Positions 34,701-42,387 of a stretch of DNA of 42,387 nt are shown here, one piece after another. Positions within the stretch are counted from its first letter, which is position 1, and each line of letters starts with the position of its first letter. The notes beneath the pieces were generated by a model that saw only the letters and a program-made list of their open reading frames with translations, was not told where the DNA came from and made no database searches. The DNA is from Clostridiales bacterium UBA4696 (lineage in GTDB: Bacteria > Bacillota > Clostridia > Oscillospirales > Oscillospiraceae): contig DHKK01000074.1 of the NCBI GenBank assembly GCA_002404795.1, forward strand, positions 1-42,387. Reading direction: 5' to 3'. Both the position numbers and the translations under genes were made by a program.

Positions 34701-35908
34701 CTTTGAAGGTCGACGGAGAAGCCATCAGCCTGACGTTCGAGCAGCGCAGCATGTATCAGAAGGCTTACGGTGACGCCTATTATGCTGCCGTGACCTCGCT
34801 CATGAACGACAAGAACTACAAGGCCATGCCGGACAGTATGAAAGCCGAGATCCTGCAGCAGGCGAAGGACGCCGCGAAGGAACAGGCCCGCGACAGTCTG
34901 GGCATCGGTTACGAGATGGACAGCGCTTCGCAGAAGATCTTGGAGAAGTCCGGCGCGGAGCGCAACAACGCGCTGATCTCCGCTGCCGTCAAGGCGCAGC
35001 ACTATTTGTCCCCCGAGACGCAGAAGCAGCTTTCTGACGTCGACCGGCAGTTCGGCGGGGCTGACTATGTCGGCCTGTCTGACGAGCTTTTCAACGCTGC
35101 GAAGGAAAAGGCGAATACCTACTTCGAGGCGGTCGAGGCTGCCAAGTACGGCGGCGAGCTGAACGAGACGCAGAAGGAGCTTGCGGACAAGGACAGCAAG
35201 GAGCTGGCACGGTACTTTATGGATAAGGCCATTGAATCCCGCTACACCGACGCGAATAAGAGCGGGACGAAAGCCGACGAGTATCTGAAAGCGTACCGGC
35301 AAGGTGAGTTGAACGATGCAATGGCACTGGCTGTTCTGAGTGACAAGGAGGTCATGGCGTATGACCGCTTCGGCCGGGGCGCGAAGGTCACGCCGGAAAT
35401 GGCGCTGCAGGCGGCGAACGCCCATGCCGGGATGAAGGATGTCAAGGACGAGGACGGCAAGGTCACAAGCAGCGCGCAGGACCAGTTCGACGCGTGGCTC
35501 GAGAAACAGAGCTGGACGGATGACCAGAAATCCGCCGTCCGTATGGGCTTCTACTCCGACAGCGTCAAGACCTACAGCTATCTGGCAGACCAGCTTCGCA
35601 AGGGCAACATCAAAACGGCTGACGCCAAGAGCGAGCTGACAACTTCGTATCAGGCAGGCTGGTCGAAAAATGTCCGGGACACGGGCGCGAAGATGGCGGA
35701 TTACATTGACGCGATCGTCGAGTATGAAGACCGGCCAAGCAGCGAGGAACTTGACGATGCAGGGTATAGCTATGTATGGCAGTGGTTCTGTGACTATCTC
35801 AATACTACGGACCTGACCAGAGAACAGAAGTATGCTATGGCGATCAGCATCAAGAAGAACGACTATGGTGAAGGAACCATGAAAAAAATCTGGAACAGGC
35901 TCAGATAA
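28721..35908 (+). CDS. 2395-aa large polyvalent / ejection protein with a PBECR-like RNase domain
   Basis: Domain GIDVDGYAHALRDNDIRHVESSHG...VVYEK..FYVEEV (~31832-32165); EGLEE and DVWGNPI motifs; N-terminal repeats. Confidence 0.75.
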   Translation: MADYYINSNKGKELANSLQVGAPQAASDGSIWMKRSDGSIRVIKNGQVMTGQVGVSPSADSSNSSAADNGNSGSDAATSESSSRSPLYPSAESVFGQQQESQAQKPSASEIAKNATNAVTEGLYTIGTELGMSYVNSLKNAGDTKLLSDGYTLKRENDGSYSVTKGDSSSKVYIDNDAVKRDTLLNEAIRSASGQSNPYTVGTAKGYELLQQAKDTGSPVWAPDNSEWSYDKETGGFYTNRNGVRTPITADKNAINREYAAQKQEEQSAQKEATDNVAPPEQADGEKYVIGSAEGVYWAVSEHRPGDRLLGRDKSIWTWNGYDDVTVEKNGKTYKATIDREAAKRDPQWAILTAPPAEDTDDTGKKGKKSSKKSSGSSSSGGSGTYTFPDASTGTQKTPTTTSTGTDRASLRKQAATAQKEMGDLARQISVAKIRGKDTSALQAKYNEAKARYDVANTQIQAPQQLSTSGARQEQFSQRQTLMELATQQAAERKDAWQSLPTVRDSERFSNIDNVTTGRTRSAEQQQIAGAVEELQKNAWRSLPTVRDSERFNIPSQTDALLQQAVAQAPRTLSGKPYLPENDGGFSHSSGSTERQNVLERIGNAALGGLIQSGGTSMDAAGAMYQAGQGGRNTTYDESRAWFQDQLDSELRTLNSMLLENQDNPGTYTQAEIKNQRRIVAEAQARVNAFALTQDAQEQSGELARDLAADVSNAGASRVAQSKRGASKLGSMALDALASAAQSGADMATNALLGTSGSMLPFAFRAFGGGTQQARNDGATLGQQLAYGGTMAAKEVFTEKMFNIAGLQSKAYGKGSFDDYVEKTVAGAVDKLASTDVGKRLLGGAAQFMTSAAGEGLEELIGDWMEWQLPRIYDKDPDSAKDVAVNSLYDFLVGAISGVMGNLTTPGQFTNYDVNEHLGGSQGQQVNRQLTQDELLDAAMQAANRGETLTGPVQAANQTTQQTTQAAQERGTEGVITGEESSALDEAMRSTFTEALSGISSDVATNKPQNVKNLLNATKEQITRFIQNAFNKQNQFQYLKISDVSPELAETLRAAGIDVDGYAHALRDNDIRHVESSHGSQSNDKYKVTADMLGDVQNVIDNYDVLYRGFDTRFGNPTVVYEKRMGNRTFYVEEVMSDGVLGTKQMVVTGENSKPSFLKKYTEVASVSDDTDVPARSGSTGQSPPGNHVPDAPYNTSYDSTVAQSGNSVNQNISANDMGAMRSQFESVPKQAQTQSNTIGSMEADWNVPEAQRTPIMYDTISEAKSLDNARLRLAQDYAGEMAELRGKHNWSGEEVDMGMTILDNYRRAAEQTGDWTEYSNWRKEVSAHGTAAGQALQAYAKYSRQTGGGIVADASAALERAAKKTNKAEVMNRVNALAQQYDAAVGTGQENAKVNVNDLVDIIKSASTARQTGTLIGNKTPPIVNWAMNRIANYARSEAQTGGGKNLDFLKTFASNSIYNIAADTQTASAGEKVKTYRRQGMLSKVATVMRNLVSNNGFDPLDSVARNISVPLDMLVSKFTGTRSVAGDASWLSKAKRKGSADGLAKSVMQVGLDVDASGTIGKYESTSNRTFKMSGGVFSKLMSTWEAVEGYLLNSTDEFQKGGIEASVQQGIDRLYERGKIKDDSLRDAGKQEALYRTFQDDTALSKAVTGFRSGINEAHLGDVGVGDVALTFAQVPANLASRSIEYSPAASVSVFVDFVNLLIDAKSGKMTAAKQAKAVQTVGRALTGTGLIALSAVGHMAGWLVVSGDDDDKNKSALDKLLGLNGTQLNVNALLRHIRGESTEFQEGDILISIGFMDPLNALFTTGVLVAEDYKEAHAQGKKLTFGQAVGDSFLGAYQAVMEMPLISDFRDIAQNYQYSSGEKFYQKAGDALQKYAASQVASLIPNSLRGIAQGLDDTERNAYSSDNVWQQAVDNAKASIPGLRETLPAKTDVWGNPIKNEGGVRNFMNRNINPGNITTYKTDEVSTELGKISEATNTSLYPDRTAPRSLKVDGEAISLTFEQRSMYQKAYGDAYYAAVTSLMNDKNYKAMPDSMKAEILQQAKDAAKEQARDSLGIGYEMDSASQKILEKSGAERNNALISAAVKAQHYLSPETQKQLSDVDRQFGGADYVGLSDELFNAAKEKANTYFEAVEAAKYGGELNETQKELADKDSKELARYFMDKAIESRYTDANKSGTKADEYLKAYRQGELNDAMALAVLSDKEVMAYDRFGRGAKVTPEMALQAANAHAGMKDVKDEDGKVTSSAQDQFDAWLEKQSWTDDQKSAVRMGFYSDSVKTYSYLADQLRKGNIKTADAKSELTTSYQAGWSKNVRDTGAKMADYIDAIVEYEDRPSSEELDDAGYSYVWQWFCDYLNTTDLTREQKYAMAISIKKNDYGEGTMKKIWNRLR
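32321..32349 (-). promoter_or_regulatory. Antisense SigA-type promoter inside the giant gene
   Basis: TTGACA (32349-32344)-17-TACAGT (32326-32321) with TG extension. Confidence 0.6.
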
Positions 35909-35919
35909 GGGGGGTATCT

Positions 35920-37193
<1,274 letters not shown>

Positions 37194-37204
37194 AGGAGAA
37201 CCGT

Positions 37205-37480
37205 ATGTACATCAACTGGGAGACCATCATCACCGCAGGCAAGATCATCGGCGCGCTCGGCGTTATCATCAGCGCAGTCGTCGCGCTGTACAAGACCGTC
37301 GAGAGCATCAAGCTGCAGAAGCAGGATATCCGCAGCATCAAGGAGGAGCAGACGCTTCTCTGCTACGGCCTGAAGGGCGCGCTGCAGGGGCTGATCGAGC
37401 AGGGCTGCAACGGCCCGTGCAAGGATGCCCTTGACAAGCTGGAAAAGCACCTGAACAAAGAAGCGCACGATCAACATTAA
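37205..37480 (+). CDS. Holin-like membrane protein
   Basis: N-terminal TM plus coiled coil, GCNG; first gene of the lysis cassette. Confidence 0.6.
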   Translation: MYINWETIITAGKIIGALGVIISAVVALYKTVESIKLQKQDIRSIKEEQTLLCYGLKGALQGLIEQGCNGPCKDALDKLEKHLNKEAHDQH

Positions 37481-37519
37481 CACCGCCGCAAGGCGTGAAT
37501 TTTGAAAGGAGTACATACT

Positions 37520-37714
37520 ATGAACGCAAAATGGTGGAAAGCCGCGGGCATCCGCGCGATCAAGACCGTCGCCCAGACGGCGGTAGCGACCATCGGCACG
37601 AGCATGATCCTGTCTGACGTCAACTGGATCGCCGTCGCCTCGGCCTCGGCGCTGGCGGGCATCCTGTCCCTGCTGACGTCCGTCGCAGGCCTGCCGGAGG
37701 TCAAGGAAGAATGA
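37520..37714 (+). CDS. Holin (r1t-type)
   Basis: WWKAAGIRAIKTVAQTAVATIG..SLLTSVAGLPEV. Confidence 0.85.
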   Translation: MNAKWWKAAGIRAIKTVAQTAVATIGTSMILSDVNWIAVASASALAGILSLLTSVAGLPEVKEE

Positions 37715-38409
37715 TGGAGATCGACAGCTCCATCCGGGCAAAGTGGCACGGCGGAAAGCGTAAGCTCTCCGCCATTACAGCCATCGTCATGCACTACACG
37801 GCCAACACCGGCCAGATGGCGACGGCCAAAGGCAACGCCCGCTATTTTGAGGGCGGCAGCGAGGGCCGCAAGGCCTCGGCCCACTACGTCGTGGACGAGG
37901 GCAATGTGGCCTACGAGTGCGTGCCGCTGGATACCGTGGCATGGTCCGTCGGCGACGGCAATCAGGGGCCGTATGGCAAACTCGTCAACAACTACAACTC
38001 CGTCTCCATCGAGATGGTCAGCCACACCGACGAAAACGGCCGGTATTACATCCCCATCGAGACCCAGCGGCACGCGGCGGAGCTGTACGCGCAGCTCAAA
38101 AAGCAGCTGCCGAACGTCAAGTACGTCGTGCGCCACTACGACGTGAGCCTCAAAAAATGCCCCGCGCCGATGATCGACGAGGGCGAATGGGCAAAATTCA
38201 AAGAGCTTTTGGAGGAAGCGACAGAAATGCGATACGAAAAGCTGAAGGACGTCACGAACCAGACGTACCGCCAGACGCTGGACAAGCTGGTCGGAAAAGG
38301 TCTGCTTAAAGGCAAGGGCGGCGAAGGAGAAGACCTGACGATCGACCTTGCCGAAGACAACGTGCGCATGCTGGTCATTCTCGACCGCACGGGTGTATTC
38401 GGGGATTAA
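37711..38409 (+). CDS. Endolysin, N-acetylmuramoyl-L-alanine amidase (Amidase_2)
   Basis: IVMHYTA, ASAHYVVD, SIE, RHYDVS.K.CP. Confidence 0.92.
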   Translation: MMEIDSSIRAKWHGGKRKLSAITAIVMHYTANTGQMATAKGNARYFEGGSEGRKASAHYVVDEGNVAYECVPLDTVAWSVGDGNQGPYGKLVNNYNSVSIEMVSHTDENGRYYIPIETQRHAAELYAQLKKQLPNVKYVVRHYDVSLKKCPAPMIDEGEWAKFKELLEEATEMRYEKLKDVTNQTYRQTLDKLVGKGLLKGKGGEGEDLTIDLAEDNVRMLVILDRTGVFGD

Positions 38410-38412
38410 GGT

Positions 38413-38628
38413 ATGCAGCGCGGTCTTCCGACGAAGCCGCGCAGCGAGTGGGAGCACTTGATATCCGAATGGATCCTGAATGCCCAATACCGGGAGATCA
38501 TGCGCCGGAACATCTGTGACGGCGAGACAGCGGAGCAGCTGGCCGAACGGTACGGCTTTTCCGTGAATGGCGTGAAGGGCATCATCAAACGTTGTACAAC
38601 GATCTTATTAGAGGCAGGCGCGGAGTGA
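38413..38628 (+). CDS. Small HTH protein
   Basis: DGETAEQLAERYGFSVNGVKGII. Confidence 0.75.
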   Translation: MQRGLPTKPRSEWEHLISEWILNAQYREIMRRNICDGETAEQLAERYGFSVNGVKGIIKRCTTILLEAGAE

Positions 38629-38647
38629 TCCGCGCTTGCCTCTTTTT
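38610..38647 (+). terminator. Intrinsic terminator
   Basis: AGAGGCAGGCGCGGA / TCCGCGCTTGCCTCT followed by TTTT. Confidence 0.75.
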
Positions 38648-38747
38648 GTGCTTTATATGGCCGTGGGCTTGGTTTTTTGTGAGCGCGTTTTCCATCAGAA
38701 TGACGGTAGGAGCTGGCCAGCTTACTACATCTTCGGAGGTATTTCTT

Positions 38748-39329
38748 ATGGAATACGCAAGCAATGGCAAGGGCAATCTAGGCGTGACGCTCGGTGCGAT
38801 CGGTACGGGCCTCGGCGTTCTGAACGGCGGTCTCGGCGGCATTCTCGGCGGCTGGGGCGCGAATCCGGCCACAGCGGCTGCTATGGCTGCCGGTGCGGTG
38901 TGCAGCGAGAATACACCGGTATCCCGCTACGAACTCGACCGCGAGACGCAGCTGGCAGCGAAGGACAGCGAGATCGCGCTGCTCAAGGCGAACACGTACA
39001 ATGACCAGAAAATGCTCGAGATGTATGCGTACATCGACGGGCAGCTGAAGGACGTGCGGAACACGCTGTCTGCGCAGGCCGTTCATAACCAGCGCACGGA
39101 GGACAGTTTCACACTGGCGCGGCAGGACATCGAGTCTGTCCGGACGGAGGCCATGAACGCGGTCAAGATGGAGGCCGAACGCCGCTGCTGCGGTGACAAC
39201 TCTATCGTGACGTATGTCAATGCGACCTTTTACCCCAAGCAGGTTGCGGACGTCACCACCGGAACCACAACGACGGCGCAGTCGCTCTACAACCCGATCC
39301 CGAAATGCGGGGGCTGCTGCAACAACTAA
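38748..39329 (+). CDS. Protein with Gly-rich hydrophobic N-terminus, coiled coil and Cys-rich tail
   Basis: GGAGGT RBS; MEYASNGKGNLGVTLG; CGGCCNN. Confidence 0.75.
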   Translation: MEYASNGKGNLGVTLGAIGTGLGVLNGGLGGILGGWGANPATAAAMAAGAVCSENTPVSRYELDRETQLAAKDSEIALLKANTYNDQKMLEMYAYIDGQLKDVRNTLSAQAVHNQRTEDSFTLARQDIESVRTEAMNAVKMEAERRCCGDNSIVTYVNATFYPKQVADVTTGTTTTAQSLYNPIPKCGGCCNN

Positions 39330-39379
39330 GCGAAAGGGGCGGCGATGAGCCGCCCCACCCTAAAACGGAGGAAAACTGT

Positions 39380-39718
39380 ATGACAGTGACGATAGATCAG
39401 GCCGTGCGCGGCGCAGTGCGGTTTGCAGACAATGAGATCATTCCCCATCTGCCCGGCGGCAAGGGGATCGGCGCGGGCGTTGCGCTGGCGCTCATCATGG
39501 ACGGAGGCCGGGACTATATTCTTGGGCTGCGCGACAATCCGGCGGTCAAGCTCATGCGTATCATGGACGAGCAGGGGAACATTGACATCGACCGCCTGTA
39601 CAGCGCGGCAAGACCGAAATTCGAAAACAAGCTATCTGTGTCCGTGCCGCTCATCGGCGATTTGAAATTCGACCAGAACGACGTAGACAAGCTTTACAAA
39701 TACATCCAGGAGGCGTGA
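39380..39718 (+). CDS. Hypothetical protein
   Basis: GGAGG RBS; MTVTIDQ. Confidence 0.75.
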   Translation: MTVTIDQAVRGAVRFADNEIIPHLPGGKGIGAGVALALIMDGGRDYILGLRDNPAVKLMRIMDEQGNIDIDRLYSAARPKFENKLSVSVPLIGDLKFDQNDVDKLYKYIQEA

Positions 39719-39719
39719 T

Positions 39720-40211
39720 ATGGGAAAAGAGCATTACATTGAGCAGCTCAAAGAGCAGATGCGTGAGGTCATGGAACGCCCGGTGACGCTGGGACGCGCG
39801 GAGGAAGTTACGGTGTATGCGGATGCTATCTGCGCACTGCATAAGCTGAGTGACGACCATTTTCGTGAGTCCACGAAAATGGTGGAATTTACCGAGGCCG
39901 ACGCAAAAGCGTGGACGGCCCGCATGGAGAACACCGACGACACAGAGGGGCAGCATTGGCCGATGGAGCAGACCACGGCAGTCATGCGGGCCCACGGCCT
40001 GCACTATGACCCCGCCGTCTGGTACGCGGCTATGAACATGATCTACAGCGATTACTTCAAGACCGCGAAGAAACACGGCGTCAACACCGTGGATTTTTTC
40101 GCAGACATGACCGACGCGTTCCTCGACGACAAGGACGCAGGAGGACCGGAGGAAAAAATCAGCGCGTATTACCATTGCGTGGTTTTGCCACAAAATTTGC
40201 CACAGGAATAA
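39720..40211 (+). CDS. Hypothetical phage protein
   Basis: AGGAGG RBS; HWPMEQT..AMNMIYSDY..FLDDKD. Confidence 0.75.
   Translation: MGKEHYIEQLKEQMREVMERPVTLGRAEEVTVYADAICALHKLSDDHFRESTKMVEFTEADAKAWTARMENTDDTEGQHWPMEQTTAVMRAHGLHYDPAVWYAAMNMIYSDYFKTAKKHGVNTVDFFADMTDAFLDDKDAGGPEEKISAYYHCVVLPQNLPQE
40183..40205 (+). promoter_or_regulatory. Putative integrase arm-type sites, right arm
   Basis: TTTGCCACA twice with 12-bp period, matching 221-243. Confidence 0.7.
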
Positions 40212-40253
40212 AATGCTTAGTATTTTCAACGGGTTTATCGCTTTATTCGATAT

Positions 40254-40279
40254 TTCAAATCTCTCCTTCCGCGCCAGAA
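40254..40279 (+). repeat. attR core (duplicated tRNA 3' end)
   Basis: Identical to 66-91. Confidence 0.95.
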
Positions 40280-40312
40280 GCGGCGATGCGTTGCATCGCC
40301 GCTTTTGCTTTT
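40277..40312 (+). terminator. Original host tRNA terminator displaced by integration
   Basis: AAGCGGCGATGC / GCATCGCCGCTT followed by TTGCTTTT. Confidence 0.75.
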
Positions 40313-40355
40313 ATAAAAACGACCGTCCCGGCGCCGGAGGGGCCGGGGCGGGGGG

Positions 40356-41669
40356 TTATTTTTTCTCCGGGATGAGGAAGATGAACACTAGGGAGCTGAT
40401 GAGCAGGAGATAGGGGTAGAACAGGCAGGGGATGATCTCGAAGGCGGTCAGGGTCTCGCCGAGCTCTGCCGTGGCGGAGATCGCCAGCAGCATCTGCGCG
40501 CCGTAGGGGATGACGCCCTGGAAGATGCACGAGAAGGTATCGAGCAGCGACGCGCTCTTTTTGCCGGAGATGCCGTATTCCTCGCTCATCTGCTTTGCGA
40601 TGGGGCCGGCCATGACGATGGCAACGGTATTGTTGGCCGTGGCGATGTCCATCGCGCCGACGAGCAGGCCGATGCCGAGCTGGCCGCCCTTCTGCCCGTG
40701 GAAAATGCGCTTGATGAAGCCCAGCAGCGCCTCAAACCCGCCGTATTCGCGGATCAGGCCGCACATGGCGGAGACGAGGATCGTGACCATGATCGTCTCG
40801 AACATGCCGGACGCGCCGGAGCCCATGTTCCCGAGCAGCTCGGTCGGATGCGTCGCGCCGGTGGCAAGCATGATGACTGCGCCGGAGAAGATGCCGGTCA
40901 GCAGCACAACGAACACGTTGATGCCCGCCACGCCGCCGATGAGCACGAGCAGGTACGGGAGCGTCTGCAGCAGGTGATATTCCGGGATCTCGACCGCGCC
41001 GATCTCGCTGCGCAGGGAGAACACGAGGATCAGCACCAGCGTCACCAGCGCCGCGGGCAGGGCGATGCGGAAGTTCGTGCGGAATTTATCCTTCATTTCG
41101 CAGCCCTGCGTGTTGCAGGCGGCGATGGTCGTGTCGGAGATGAACGACAGGTTGTCGCCGAACATCGCGCCGCCCATGACCGAGCCGATGCACAGCGGCA
41201 GGCTGAAGCCCGACGTCCGCGCCACGGCGACCGCGATGGGCACGATCAGCGTGATGGTACCGCAGGAGGTGCCCATGGCTGTCGAGACAAAGCACGAGAC
41301 CACGAACAAAACCGCCACGGCGAACCGCGCCGGGATGTGCGCGAGCATGAAATACGCGACCGACTCGGCGCTGCTGCGGCCGACGACGCCGACGAACACG
41401 CCCGCGGCCAGGAAGATGAGGATCATCGTCATGATGTTCTTATCGCCGACGCCCTGGGCCATGACCGCCAGCTTTTCGTCGAACGGCAGCGCCCGGTTCT
41501 GCAGGCAGGCGACGAGGATCGCGGCCAGGAAGGCCACGACGATGGGAATGTTGTAAAAGCCCATCTCGATCTTCAATACATATTCAAATACGATGCCGAG
41601 CCCCAGGTACAAGACCAGGAACACGCCGATGGGCAGCAGCGCGATCGCGCGCGCGGGTTTCTTCTCCAT
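40356..41669 (-). CDS. Host Na+/H+ antiporter NhaC-family transporter
   Basis: Multiple TM helices; MGTSCGT, GGAMFGDNLSFISDTTI, IPYGAQ. Confidence 0.9.
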   Translation of the reverse strand: MEKKPARAIALLPIGVFLVLYLGLGIVFEYVLKIEMGFYNIPIVVAFLAAILVACLQNRALPFDEKLAVMAQGVGDKNIMTMILIFLAAGVFVGVVGRSSAESVAYFMLAHIPARFAVAVLFVVSCFVSTAMGTSCGTITLIVPIAVAVARTSGFSLPLCIGSVMGGAMFGDNLSFISDTTIAACNTQGCEMKDKFRTNFRIALPAALVTLVLILVFSLRSEIGAVEIPEYHLLQTLPYLLVLIGGVAGINVFVVLLTGIFSGAVIMLATGATHPTELLGNMGSGASGMFETIMVTILVSAMCGLIREYGGFEALLGFIKRIFHGQKGGQLGIGLLVGAMDIATANNTVAIVMAGPIAKQMSEEYGISGKKSASLLDTFSCIFQGVIPYGAQMLLAISATAELGETLTAFEIIPCLFYPYLLLISSLVFIFLIPEKK

Positions 41670-41935
41670 ATGTCTTCTCTCTTTTCATAAAGATCCACCC
41701 CGGCCGCGCATGCAGCCGGGGCGTTCGTGCATAAGCTGTAATATTGTATCGGTTTTCCATTCGGGCGTCAAGCGCGCGGCGGATTCTTTGGTGAAAATGC
41801 ATAAAAATACACAGGCGCGGAATATGCAGCCGTCCTTCCATAAAATTAACAGCCTTTTTACATTTCCGCTCTGGTCAGAAGGGGGTTTTTCTGCTAAAAT
41901 AAGAATAATTCTTGAAAAGCAAAAGGAGTGAGGCT

Positions 41936-42387
41936 TTGTACCGCAGACAGGAACTACTGGAAAAATTAAAGGAGGCTGCGGCCTCCGTGCTGCCGATCAG
42001 CCTGATCGTGCTGGCCATCTGCTTCGTGCTCGTGCCGGTCGATACGGGCCTGATGCTTTCCTTCGTCCTGGCGACGGCGCTGCTGATCCTCGGCATGGGC
42101 CTGTTTACGCTTGGCGCGGAGATGTCCATGAGCAGGATCGGCAATTATATCGGCGCCAAGCTGACCAAATCGCGCAAGCTGTGGCTGATTTTGGTGGTCA
42201 GCTTTCTGCTGGGCGTCGCCATCACGGTGGCGGAGCCGGACCTGCAGGTGCTGGCGGCCAACGTGCCGGAGATCGATAAGACCATCCTGATCCTGACGGT
42301 CTCGGTGGGCGTCGGGATCTTCCTGATGCTCTGCATGGTGCGCATTCTGTTCGGCATCTCGCTGCGGCTGCTGCTGATCGTGTTTTA
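41936..42387 (+). CDS. Host DUF1538-family membrane protein, 3'-truncated by the window
   Basis: TTG start after AAGGAG; KLKEAAASVLPI..GMGLFTLGA..TVAEPDLQVLA. Confidence 0.85.
   Translation, partial: MYRRQELLEKLKEAAASVLPISLIVLAICFVLVPVDTGLMLSFVLATALLILGMGLFTLGAEMSMSRIGNYIGAKLTKSRKLWLILVVSFLLGVAITVAEPDLQVLAANVPEIDKTILILTVSVGVGIFLMLCMVRILFGISLRLLLIVF

Noticed and set aside
28721..35908. Tape measure protein call for the giant ORF
   Set aside because: There is no tail tube, tail chaperone or baseplate context, and the domain content and podovirus-type neighbours fit a polyvalent or ejection protein.
40254..40279. Second tRNA gene
   Set aside because: Only the 3' 23 nt of the tRNA are present; this is attR.

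Overview
The window holds an apparently complete ~40.2 kb temperate prophage (66-40279) integrated into the 3' end of a tRNA-Ser(GCT). It is bounded by a 26-bp direct repeat (attL 66-91, attR 40254-40279) and followed by two host genes (NhaC-family transporter, DUF1538 protein). The SigA-type promoters, Firmicutes LexA box and gene content suggest a GC-rich Clostridia host (inference). Modules in order: tyrosine integrase and immunity region; Sak4/exonuclease/SSB recombination genes; replication initiator; PAPS-reductase-like, ThyX-like, RuvC-like and dATP/dGTP diphosphohydrolase genes; a leftward moron; TerS/TerL; a podovirus-type virion module with no tape measure, the portal placed after the capsid, and a 2395-aa polyvalent protein; holins and amidase; a post-lysis cluster. 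The main unannotated signals are four. (1) A 45-aa ORF missing from the ORF track (3158-3295) sits under a LexA-box promoter, antisense to a non-cleavable repressor, and copies the repressor's C-terminal helix, making it a candidate SOS-induced mimic antirepressor. (2) A candidate modular adhesin system has two proteins sharing a 46-aa C-terminal module and two proteins sharing a triple-repeat N-terminus, one carrying a G9 tract. (3) An antisense promoter and end-paired RNA lie inside the giant gene directly after its RNase-like domain. (4) Several other small structured RNA elements are present. All family calls come from motif recognition by eye; no database searches were run.
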